Shown here piece after piece: positions 27,462-38,460 of a stretch of 40,330 nt of DNA. Every line of letters begins with the position of its first letter. Positions within the stretch are counted from its first letter, which is position 1. The translations under genes were made by a program, and so were the position numbers. Source of the stretch: Phoronis australis (taxonomy: Eukaryota; Animalia; Phoronida); the NCBI GenBank assembly GCA_002633005.1, contig NMRA01000111.1, positions 610,412 through 650,741 on the forward strand, in the 5' to 3' direction. The notes beneath the pieces are model-generated. The model saw only the letters and a program-made list of their open reading frames with translations, had not been told where the DNA came from and made no database searches.

Positions 27462-27467
27462 AATAAA
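27462..27467 (+). promoter_or_regulatory. Candidate polyadenylation signal of DCTN4
   Basis: AATAAA about 430 nt after the stop codon, followed by T/GT-rich sequence. No transcript support. Confidence 0.4.
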
Positions 27468-27536
27468 CATTTGGTTTTATTCACAAAGATTTGTCAAGAA
27501 AAGGGCATATTTTGTCTCTGTCAGGTAGGCCTTCTC

Positions 27537-27583
27537 TGTGTGTGTGTGTGTGAGTGTGTGCGTGCGTGTGTGCGTGTGTGTGT
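27537..27583. repeat. (TG)n-type microsatellite
   Basis: Read directly. Confidence 0.9.
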
Positions 27584-27595
27584 GAGACCAATGTA

Positions 27596-27680
27596 TACCG
27601 TATTCGCCGTAATAACCACCCATGCCCCTATAAGCGCCCCCCACGCGTTTTCAGACTTTTCTAAAATAAGCGCCCAGTCC
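27596..27680 (+). mobile_element. Probable left end of a Tc1/mariner(pogo)-type non-autonomous element
   Basis: TA|CCGTATTCGCCG...ATAAGCGCCC twice. The partner end was not found and may lie in the N gap. Confidence 0.4.
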
Positions 27681-27839
27681 ATGAACGTGTACGTGCGAAA
27701 AATGCCTTACCTACAGTCCTAAAATTCTACAGTAACGTCTTCAATTTATCAATAATATCCGACAGTCCTGAAAAATCATTGTGCGCAGAATTTGTAGACC
27801 ACAAGCCTCGCCCTTATGTCGGTATTTAGCCGTGACTAT

Positions 27840-28074
27840 CAGAGGCGGATCTACAGGGGGGGTTCAGGGGGTTTAAACCCCCCTCGGGACAGGATCAAAA
27901 ATAAAAACTTGAAAAAAAATCGCCAGAAAAACGAAATTAGCTACTAAAAATCCAAGAAAATGTTACACGGGAGGAGGGAAACCCTCTTGCGACCTTCCTT
28001 CTCCTCGGCGCTACGCGCCTCGGATTCTCTCGAATCCTAAACCCCCCCTTACTGAAATCGTAGATCTGCCACTG
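27840..28074. mobile_element. 235-bp MITE with a 5-bp TSD
   Basis: TIRs CAGAGGCGGATCTAC and GTAGATCTGCCACTG, with ACTAT on both sides. The left end recurs at 39587. Confidence 0.8.
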
Positions 28075-29184
28075 ACTATATACTTCAAACTTCCGCCATA
28101 CCTCGAAACGAACACAAAAGCTCTGACTGCTGATATTGCGATCGAGGACCAATGGTCTGGCCTTTCAGAACGGAAGTAGTGTAATTGTCTACGGGATTGC
28201 TTTGTAGATATTTCCCGCTTTCAACAGGAATCCAAATTTCTTTGTAGGCCTACACGTGAAAACAGCGAATCGAAGACTAATAAACAGCTTGGCCAGTGTT
28301 AAAAACACGTTGCCAGGAATCGCGCGCTACATACATGAACCTGTCATCAAAGGCATTAGTCGGAAACTATCCATTCATGAAACGGATAGCATAGCATCGG
28401 CAAGAAATGAATATTGGCACTAATTTCCGACAGTTTCTCATACTATAAAAATGTTTGCGTTATTTTTAAAATTAATTGTTGATTAACTATAACTGGTGTT
28501 TTTAAGCCAAATATCCTGACTGTGAATACTTACACCAATGAGCTATATACTTAGATATTTATCTCATTGGCTTACACTTCCTTACACCGAAAAATAACTG
28601 TCAGATAGTCACGTGCGCATCCAGCCACATGGCGACTAATATGGCCTTACCGAGACATATGTCGAACGTTTTTAGCACATGAGACCGGCACTGAAGTGCT
28701 GAATGAAACACGCTCTAGTTTAGGCTAACCTGGTTCCCGGGCCTCACAAGCTGACGTCACGGATTGCTTGTGAAGGCCCAGGTACAGCGCACTAGAATGA
28801 TGGTTTTCATTGGCTGTCNNNNNNNNNNNNNNNNNNNNNNNNNNNNNNNNNNNNNNNNNNNNNNNNNNNNNNNNNNNNNNNNNNNNNNNNNNNNNNNNNN
28901 NNNNNNNNNNNNNNNNNNNNNNNNNNNNNNNNNNNNNNNNNNNNNNNNNNNNNNNNNNNNNNNNNNNNNNNTCCCCCCTATCCGTCTCTGTACAGTGTTG
29001 CAGTAGATACTGCTGGCACCCATTTTCCACCACTTCGCAGCCTACACAGTATTCATTCCCTAGAACACCACAATTTTCGACCCTCCAGGTAGCCACAATT
29101 CTCAAGCTAAACACTCCACCTCGTTGAAATACTAATTTGTTTTTCCCCATTTCCCTTTTTGAGGTGGGACCCCGCACAGCTTGA

Positions 29185-29627
29185 GGGTCCTAAACCATTT
29201 AGATCACCTTGGGTATATTCGGGGCCTCAATTTTCTCATTGGAGGTGAATTTAACCTGCGTGATTATCAAACTTAGTGGAGAATGATTGGCCATAAAGTT
29301 CGAGCATGCACTGAAAACCTTAACTTCCAAGGGCATCCAGGACACCTCAGGTGTTTTCGTAACCTCAAATTTCACCTAATAGGTGAATGCTCTCTGCATG
29401 TGTGCGGACTTCAGTTTGCCTATTATTGTCAAGATTAAAAATCACGTGACTTGCCATTGTTTGGATAACGTTCATCTCCGAGAGGATATTTGAGGCTACG
29501 AAAATACCTGAAGTGTTTCTAAGAAAAATGTGTACATGTAAATAGGAAAATAGCCGAGGTGCTCCAGATGTTCTGAGGGTAAATTTGTAGCTACGAAAAT
29601 ACCCGAGAGGTGTTCCAAATGGGCCCT
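29185..29627. mobile_element. Degenerate foldback/MITE-like element
   Basis: The motif GCTACGAAAATACC(T/C)GA occurs at ~29495 and ~29590, and inverted at ~29341 and ~29200. Confidence 0.45.
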
Positions 29628-32105
29628 AACCTTTAGTTTTGTGCATAATCGAGTACTAGAAGAATCTCCACCCATTTCGACAGTGGCTAAAAAAAACATT
29701 GTGTTTGTGGTCCGAGGTTTGGACTTTGAATAAAATTGTAGCCTAATGTTTCAAATGCACAATCTTTTTTTAAGAGCTAATGCTAACAAATGAATCCTTC
29801 GTAGTAATTCTTGGACAGCTGTCTTTTTCACCCATTAAGCTTGAAGAAGTCGGCTCAGAGATTCCTGTTGTCAAAACTGAGTCTGGTGTCCAAGGTTTTA
29901 AAAATACAGGTATCGTATTAAAACCCCTATTGCAGTAGGAAAAAGGTACCATTTGCAGTGTTTTTAACTTCCAGGGTGAAATCCGTTGTATTCATGGGAA
30001 AAAGTTTGCTGTGGTAGGGATTTTTTCAAGCACCATTTTGACTAAGAGAAATTGTTTGAGAAAAATCACCCAGTTGAGTGTCGTGTCTTGTATAAACCTG
30101 TGGGAGTACCCCCTTGGAATGGTTTTAGGAGGGTACTCTGAAAGCCCAAGGATGGTGGAATGAACCCTCTCCCTATACCTAACAATGTGTGTTGAACATC
30201 TTGGAAAGTACAAGCACAATTGTTGACTTCAGAATGCGCTTATCAGATGGTGTCTTCTAGCTTCCAGATTTCCTTCGAATTAAATCCCTTAAAGTTGCTA
30301 TAAATGCGTCTTATGTGAAAAAGAATAAATTTTGATCTGAACAACTTACCACTATATACAGTAATTGGAATGACTATAAGAGGAAAATTTTCCAGGTGAT
30401 CTATCATTTCACTAATAGGCTTGTGTGATAGAAATATTTTTGTGTTGTAAAATTAAACTGAAATAAATGTTTTTGCATGAATCAAGCCAAAAAATGATGA
30501 TAAAAAAGAAGCTGGAAATCGAATAAAAGGAAATAAAAACAAAAAAGGAAAATTCCAAGCCCTGTATATATCCCTGTCTCAACTTGTACCTTAGTGGGCT
30601 TGGAAGAATTCAAACTTTGTTATTGCTCAAAGCCATGGTTATTGCACCAGGTCTTAAGCAATAAGAAACTATCCGTTCAACCGAAGCCAATATACCACAT
30701 GTAATCTCATTAAGGAACAGTACAAGATCAAGAGTCTAATCACGAGCACACACATGAAGATTGACAACAGACACTAGTATCCAAATCCAATGCCAATCTT
30801 CATGTGAGTGCTTGTGATTTTTGGTACTAATTTGGCCAAAAACAACAGACCAATCTTATATTCTTACATGACGGTTCTAAAAAGAGTTTGGGTAAATAGC
30901 AGCTTGAAAATGGTACAGTTTGTAGATAAGGAATGTCAAAAGGGTTCATTTTTTCAACACAGTTTAGTACAGATGTTTTATTGTTCTCCACATAGCATTT
31001 AAATGCTTTTTGGGCTAAACAGATTCTAGCCCAGTCTTGTATGGATTGATTTAAAACCCTGAAAAGGGATTATGCGATCATGTTTTGGGAATACACCTCT
31101 GGAGTGAAACTTTCAATCCAAATCGAACTCAAAATAGTTTTTGTCGCTTCTAGTCAAGATCAAGATAGTACTTATTGACCACTAGATTCGAGCTAAAATT
31201 TGAGTAAAAACTCAAGATTTCTAGTAAAACCTCGAACTCAGACTCAAAGTTTTAGCTGTCAATGCAGAGATCATTAATTGCCATCAATAAGTACTCAAGC
31301 ATAGAATAAAAGAAACTTATCTCGAATTCAAACAAAACTAGAATAGAAAATAACAAAAATAATTCTGAGTAAAAAGTTGAAACCCAGGGCCCAGGTGTTA
31401 ATTTCATAATGGTTTATGCTTTCACAAGGCAGTGAATGTGCAACTTGAATGGCAGTCGGGTCTTTAGTAACCTATTCCCATGTAGCAACACTGGTGTAGT
31501 CAGAATTATTCATGAGGTTGCTAAACTTGAAATTGTTGGCAACCAATGACTGTAATGTGAGGCAACTTGGAGGCACTGCATGAACAGGGGACAGGGAAGC
31601 TAGGCAAGAACAAAACTGAAATGAGTTTCTATCAGGGGAAGGGTTTGCAATGAGGAGGGAATAGCCCTCTGCTGTGCGCCCACGGCTATGTTAATGCCCA
31701 GACTTAGTACTTCAGTGTCTTCAGTCTATTGCTAAACTAAACCATATTTGTAATCAATACATCAGCAAAATAAAGTTCCCGATGGTTAGATAAATTTCTT
31801 GGCATGTTGTGTGTTTTGTAGTTTATGAGTAAACTATTTCTAGGAACAGATTAATGATGTCAACGTGAGGGTGTTTGCCAGTGCGAATGTTCTGAAGCCT
31901 TTCACACTGCCTAACTCTTGCCACTAGGAGGCCCCCTCAGTAAGAGTCAAATTTGTAATTTTGAAAAACTGTTCGAAAAGACCGAAATGTTGACTAAAAT
32001 CACTGCTGTGTTATGAAGATCATAACCACAAGAATGAAACACTAGCATGTTCTCAAAACACTGAGCAAAACATAATGATAATAGTAACATACAGGGCACC
32101 CCCAC

Positions 32106-32601
32106 TGTAACGTCGTCGGTGTACGACGTATAAAAACCAATTGAATAATATAACTCTTATATCATACAGTCGTACACCGACGACGTTACATTGGCGACGA
32201 GGATGGGATCCGAACCCACGCGGGGAAACCCCAATGGTTTAGCAATCCATTGATGTCATGTATTGAATTGCTACCGGAACTATAAACATCTGGTAGACAT
32301 TCAATACATGACATCAATGGATTGCTAATCCATTGGGGTTTTCCCCCATGGGTTCGGATCCCATTCTCGTCGCCAATATAACGCCGTCAGTGTACGACGT
32401 ATAAAAACCACTTGAATGATACAAGAGTTATATTATCAAAGTATTCAGCATTAAAGCAAACGACATCCAAGTGACTAAAACACACGCAAGAAAACTATTT
32501 ATAGACGCTAAGGATATACGTCATAGTGACATGTGATCAACAGTCGTACATTTAAGTGCTACCGGAACTATAAACATCTGGTAGAAATTCAATACATAAC
32601 A
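32106..32601 (-). mobile_element. 496-bp LTR-derived insertion containing an inverted duplicated tRNA-Ser fragment
   Basis: TGT...ACA termini; CCCAC at 32101-32105 and 32602-32606. The minus-strand LTR-like unit 32601-32377 has TATAAATA and is followed by a PBS-like TGGCGACGAG. Confidence 0.8.
32317..32375 (+). pseudogene. 3' 59 nt of tRNA-Ser(GCT) with CCA; inverted copy at 32192-32250
   Basis: Anticodon arm ATGGA-ttGCTaa-TCCAT, long variable arm, T arm and CTCGTCG-CCA. There is no D arm or 5' acceptor strand, so it is not a functional tRNA gene. Confidence 0.88.
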
Positions 32602-33929
32602 CCCACTTTGAGAACCAGTGTTTTCTACTGTATAACAGGAACCTGTTTTCCACTGAATAACAGGTGTTAAAACTTGTTCTCAAAATTTGGATTGCCAGTG
32701 AGTGACTATTGCCTGGATAACAATCCAACCCAAGTACTCCAGACAAGAAACCGTCAATTTGGGTTTAGTGACAAAGCTTAAAATCTTTGAAGTACCCTGA
32801 GCTCCCAATTTTGAAATGTGAGATGTTTTTGCAACTAGTAGTCATTTTAACGAACCAAGTTTTTAAAGTTCGCTTGCATGCAATGTCTAACTTCAGGATG
32901 CTTTGATTACAGCGAACCTTAGTAGTTTCAGAAAGTTTAAGAATGGTTCTGAGATCTTGTTTTGCAATTAAACTGAAATTAATAGATGAGTGTTGCAAAC
33001 TGCAACACTTGATGTCATGTAAATGTGAAAGCATAAAATGAAACAGTCGACGAGTCGGGGTCCAGGAGAGAGAGGACACTTGCATACGGATTGCATATGA
33101 CCAAATCTGATACTCTGACCAGTGACCCGGGCATTGCAAAAGTCACTATGAAAGGGTGAATTTCCAAATAAATTCCACACAAAAATATTTACTTCTTGGT
33201 TGGAACTGTATAAAATAATCCACTTTAGCACCAAATCAACAAAAAGTTTCAGATGCAACTGAGGTTTGTTGTTTTACAAAGAATACAGCCCAAAGAGATT
33301 TTGCTGAAATTCAGTTCCATGTAAATAATAACTTTGCATAATTATGTTATCAGAAAAGTTGACTCTTCCATTGAGGCTCTCACCAAAATGGGTCAGTTTT
33401 AATCATTGTGCCAACTCAAAAAAGGGTGAGGTTTTACCTTGCTGACTATACAAAAGAGTGAGTGTATAATCCTAATTTCACAGCAACAAACACCCTCCGA
33501 AATAACTGAATACTCTGTACGACTGTAGGATGGCTGTCAGAGGCACTGCTGAAGATGGATATTTACCTTAAAATCGAATTATCTGTAAGATGCCATAGAT
33601 CGTCGAACAAAACCTGTGGAGATTCGCCGATATTTTTATTCTGCCGTCTGCTAAATTCCGCCAAATGAAAAGTAAGTCACAACTGATTGTATTCCCCAAG
33701 TAAAGTGGGTCGAGTCGATAGCATTGTTTATACTTTTCTAATCTTCGAGCGATTAAAAAATCAGGTTCGTAGCTCAGGCACATACTCATCTTATCCTAGG
33801 CAAGCAGCTCCGGTAGATCTAGGGCTGTGTACAAAAGTCAAATTAATGCATCTGATGGAATTGGCCGTAATTCGGTGCACCATAAAGACAAACCTGATGA
33901 GCTTCATATTTTTTGTAGTTTCATTGCAT

Positions 33930-35436
33930 TAAGGTAGTTTGTATTTAATTTTAAACGTAGCGTCATCACTAAGCTGTAATATGGTAACAAAAATGACAAG
34001 TCTGGTGCAGTGGCAAAAAGTGGTCATTTACAAAAATGAGTGTTTTTAAAGCTTCATAAATCCAAGTAGGCCTATTGTGTTTGAACAACTACAAAATGAG
34101 CTCTCCTTAACTCTACAGGCGTAGTGTATACTAGAGGTTCTCATCAAAAAGTAGTTCAACTGTTTATTTTTCGTGACAACAGCTCGAACGAGGCTTTGGA
34201 GTTCAGTAACTTATATAGCCTAGTGCCCTCCCAAGCATGCGCCGATCGAATCTATAAATTTTGGTGAAACGTTCAGTTGACGCCAGCTTACGGGTATATG
34301 AATAACAAAAATAGTATCTGTGCTACGAAACAGAACGATGTCCATTATAAGTCGAAATAAATGAAAATATTAAAAATGTCCTTAAAAACAAATTTCCGGG
34401 ATGTACTCATTATCGTCTCACACGGGCTTTGGGTACCTTACGTCGCTTTCCGAAGGATGACACACTTCGCCGTATGACTAGCTCGTTCATGTGAAGAACA
34501 CAGCGCTACCCGTCCACGCGCAACGTACAAAGCAGTGGAAGGTTACCGAGTGTGTGGCAAGAATTTTCTGCCGTCAGATTATGACAGATATGTACGCTGA
34601 ATTGATGAAGGTCCCTGCGAAACAACGCCTGAAGAATGCCTACCATACCGTCGCTGTTGATTCCTGGCAGCGCCCCGTCGCCAACCCCGAGAAGTGCGTT
34701 TTTGAAGCGAGAAGCCTCGCGAGCTGTGGCCACTATATAAAAGCACTTCATCTACTGTCACCCGTGCCTCCAAACGTACCCCATTGTGTGCAATTCCGGA
34801 AACTACGTGATTCGTCCTGCGCTGTTGTCTCTAGCCCAAAGCCTGTAAGCAGCCCTGCAGCGATGTTGAGTAGTGGGAGTGAATACAGGCCCAGTTCGAC
34901 ACCCAGTGAAGAGGACAGTTCGTCATCCAATGAACAGATCGATGGGCCTAAGTTTGATAAGTTTATTGTGGACTTGTATTGGAGCTATTTGGAAGGTGCC
35001 AGGTGTGTGGCGAGGGAGTCACACGGCGGGATGTAAGCAGTTTGGGAGCTCAGATCACCCTTCCGTGGGAGTGTGTCGCGGGACAGTCGGGCAAGTGGGA
35101 CACATATGAGTTCTTCCTCTGTACGTGAGACGATAATGAGTACACCCCAGTACGCAGCAACATCGTGGCATGTTGGCTGACTCGTAAGCAAAAGCAAACG
35201 ACGACCGAACTTATCACAACCGAGGTAGAACAATGACTGACTCGACTGCTCTCACCGTTAGACTATATGAAAAGAAATTGGCGCGAAATTCTTTACTCCC
35301 AAAACGTCACTTCCGGAGTAGACGACGAGTAATTAATTAAATTACGAAAAGCAGTAAATAAGTGAAAAATATGTCTGGGATAATCAACGAACCTTATTTT
35401 TGCTAAAAATGACATGAAAAAAGGTTGCCATCGCCT
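33930..35436. mobile_element. Kolobok-like DNA transposon relic with a THAP domain and an internal inversion; left boundary uncertain
   Basis: THAP pieces MPRCCCVLGCTH (minus, from 35171), LRRFPKDDTLRR and RVCGKNFLPSDY (plus). These are followed by KFIV...LELFGRCQVCG...GAQITLPWEC..G..GKW. The right end ...CCT abuts TTAA at 35437-35440. Confidence 0.7.
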
Positions 35437-35941
35437 TTAATGTTTGAGTATCAACTACAATCCTTTATGAATCCTACGGATAACGAAGGGCAAACGCATA
35501 CAAATCTTCTCCCGAGTTCAAAATAACGGCACTGTCAGAACTGAATAAGTCAGTGTAGGCCAATCACTCCAGTAACCTTCAGGATTTATGCCGGGGTTAT
35601 TGACTTCAGTATGATGCACGTGCTGAAGTTTTTTGGGATTGTTTCTCGATTGCTTTCCGTTAAAAGTGTACGGTCGAAGCATACATAACTAGTTGAATTA
35701 AAAACATACAGTTATTACTATATACTCGCGGTTCATGGCAATAGGGCCGTCCCAGATTACACAGCGACACTTGAATGTAGCTGTATTTACCCACAATGCC
35801 GTAAACATTCGTCAGGCACACTTGATGCCTCGTTTTCGAGCCACTGGAGTTTCACATGTTATTTGTTGTTGTCTGAATCTTAACAAGTTTTTCTCGGTTG
35901 CATTACTCTATTCGTTCTTCCTATGCTAACGAAGTATTAAG

Positions 35942-36060
35942 TGTTGTGTTGTGGGCTGCAACACAGGCGTGAAAAAGTTTTATAAACTGGACGTCAAATA
36001 CCTGTGGATGCGTGATCTAAAATTCTTTGCCTTCCCGACATTAATGAGAGACACGAGAAT
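35942..36060 (+). pseudogene. Truncated THAP-domain N-terminus, probably transposon-derived
   Basis: CCVVGCNTG...LKFFAFP fits the CxVxGC...FxFP THAP start. No intact start codon or continuation. Confidence 0.55.
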
Positions 36061-36227
36061 GTGCCTGATTTCAAAAACTTGATCACGTACTTTCTTATTT
36101 CCATAATAACGGCGAATAAAAGTCATCTACAATGCATACAAACACCTCCTGTTGCCGTGACAATATCTGACGAGTGCAGTTTTCAAATGCATATTCTATG
36201 CTACTGTTACTGAGTGCCGAAGCGTGT

Positions 36228-36650
36228 CAGTTTGCGTTCTTTCCAGGAATCGTCATGAAAAAATGCATGGAAAACTATTCCTCGACGTTGTTATTCTCAA
36301 TGCAGAGTAAAGAATCGTTACCACCAGATAAATACATGCAAGGTTGGTTACATTTAATTCAACCGACATCACAACAGTCACGTTTCAGATTACACTCTTT
36401 CCAAGAATTGTCATGAAAAAATGCTTGCTAACTGTGCCTCGGAGTTGTTGTTCTCAATGCAGGGTAAAGAATCGTTATCCGATAATTACATATGTACACA
36501 CACGTTCTCTTGTACTACACAAGGTTGATTGCATTACAATAGTCGCGTTTCAGGTTGCGTTCTTTCCAAGGATCGTCATAAAAAATGCTTGAAATGCTAT
36601 TTATTCTCAGAAATTGTTGTTCACAATGATGGGTAAAGAATTGTTATCAG
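36228..36650. repeat. Diverged ~160-bp tandem repeat, about 2.6 copies
   Basis: TCTTTCCA.GA.T.GTCAT.AAAAATGC and GTAAAGAAT.GTTA recur in units starting at ~36228, ~36387 and ~36551. Confidence 0.85.
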
Positions 36651-37377
36651 TTTTCTGTTTTTGCTTCTTTGACCCCGTTATCCTCAGAAATTTGAGGCAA
36701 TGTTTCCAATTTCTATTTACTGTTAATACGGAGACAATGGATGAGTTAATCCATAACACAAACTATTTAACTGTCCAGCAGCTTCTATAATTTTTACAAT
36801 ACCACAAAAAATGAGATTTTATGTTAAAATTTGACACTGATTTTGAACGAAAACTGATGTACATTTTAGTAATATAACATAAGAAATTAAACTGCAACGC
36901 ATGGTATGATACAAATCCGTGACATACACGTAGGGTGTATCACCCATTTAGGGTTTTTTGTCTGGTCTGAAGTGCACTGCACTCTTAAGATAGGAAACTG
37001 ATTGGTTTTCTCATCGGACTGTGTGAATGAATGAGCTTATGAAAAACTTATTGCACTATAATCATGATATGAATAAAAGAATGAAAAGAAAAAACAAGAA
37101 ATTGCGGTTTTAATATGGGTGTGCCCTCTATATATTCGTCTTTTTATCCGTTTTATTCATAAAACGTACTTAGTCGGCACGCATCTGTTTACTCCGTGGA
37201 TGGGGGTTACAGGTTATCGCTGACCGATGTTTAGTAGCTTTCGGTGTGACGATAGATTGAAGGTTCAAGTTAATCACTTTATTGATTTCGGTCGCACGTA
37301 CTCAAGTCTACTCAAACAAAACGTACTACATAATGTCTGTTCTATGCTGCAGCTAGTGCTGCAAAACCTTGACCATG

Positions 37378-37520
37378 CAGGGGCGGATTCAGGGTGTTGA
37401 GTTGAGGGGCGGGGCAGAGTTTTAGCCAGGAATTTGCTCGTCAGACACACCCCGAATTACCAAATTTAATATGGGTGAATTTTAGGTGGGCCATGTGGCC
37501 CCTTTCTAAATCCGCCACTT
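37378..37520. mobile_element. Short MITE-like element
   Basis: Imperfect TIRs CAGGGGCGGATTCAG and CTAAATCCGCCACTT. No clear TSD. Confidence 0.5.
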
Positions 37521-37829
37521 GAAAATGCCCAAAAATGACGAGATACTCTTCTCGAGCTGCATAACGGCTGTCCGAAGTACACACGCCATATCAACACCGT
37601 TTCACCATTCTTATCGCACAATTTTTTGAGCTATAGACTAAAACTAGGAGCTAGTAATTCCTAGACTAGAATAATAAGCTTTACCGCGACAACGACATTG
37701 CTGGTCCAGTAAAATGGCGGCTTGGAAACGCAGACGCAGGTGTGTCAAGAATGCATAATCCAGGCGAGCTCCGCCCCCTTGCAAAAAGTCACGTGACACC
37801 CGACAAACAAGATGACTGAGTGTCGTTAA

Positions 37830-38037
37830 CCCTTACAAAAATAAACTTAAGTGTTTGACTGAAAAATTTAAGTTTTTGTAACATAACTTAAGTTTTAGAG
37901 GAAAAACTTTTAAAAACTTAAGTTTTTAAAACTTCACTTTGTTCCAAAACACTTAAGTTTTTGTGATTGAAAACTTAATTTTTTCAGACCAAAATCTTAA
38001 GTTTTTCAATGAAAACTTAATTTCATTTTTGTAAGGG
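37830..38037. mobile_element. 208-bp MITE, CACTA/EnSpm(CMC)-like
   Basis: Perfect 13-bp TIR CCCTTACAAAAAT, AA on both flanks, and many internal ACTTAAGT repeats. Confidence 0.75.
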
Positions 38038-38212
38038 AAACGACATTCCTGGTGGAATCGATGAGTGTTTGCACTATCTGAAAACGCTTCGACAAAGACA
38101 ACAGACGATGCTTTTCAACAGAGAATCCTACGTTTATGATGTGGGAAATTGCAAAGGTGAATATGAAAAAATAAGTGGATTGGAGCCAGCGAAAATCTGA
38201 AGAACCCCTATG

Positions 38213-38460
38213 TAACTCTACAGGCAAATTGTTTACTAGAGGTTCTCATCAAAAAGTAATTCAACTGTTTATTTTTTTTTTCGTGACAACAGCTCGAGCA
38301 GTTCAGTGAGTTCAGTAATCCAGTGCCCCTCCGTTGCTGTGCTGATCGAATCTCTCAATTTTGGAGAAAAGTTCATTTGAACACTATGAAACAAAACTAT
38401 GTCTAAAGGTCGAAATAACTGAAAAATAGCAAAAATATGAAAACAATTTCCAGGGACTAT
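38213..38460 (+). repeat. Copy of the ~34110-34400 segment of the Kolobok-like element
   Basis: Shared aactctacaggc, actagaggttctcatcaaaaagta.ttcaactgttt and tcgtgacaacagctcga. Confidence 0.8.

Noticed and set aside
28725-29177. ORFs spanning the N run
   Set aside because: Artifacts of the 153-N assembly gap.
32192-32375. Functional tRNA-Ser genes
   Set aside because: Both copies lack the 5' acceptor strand, D arm and A box, and both carry an encoded CCA.
34491-35036. 181-aa ORF as a host gene
   Set aside because: It is a frameshifted mosaic of a transposase relic; the THAP and CxxC motifs fall in other frames.
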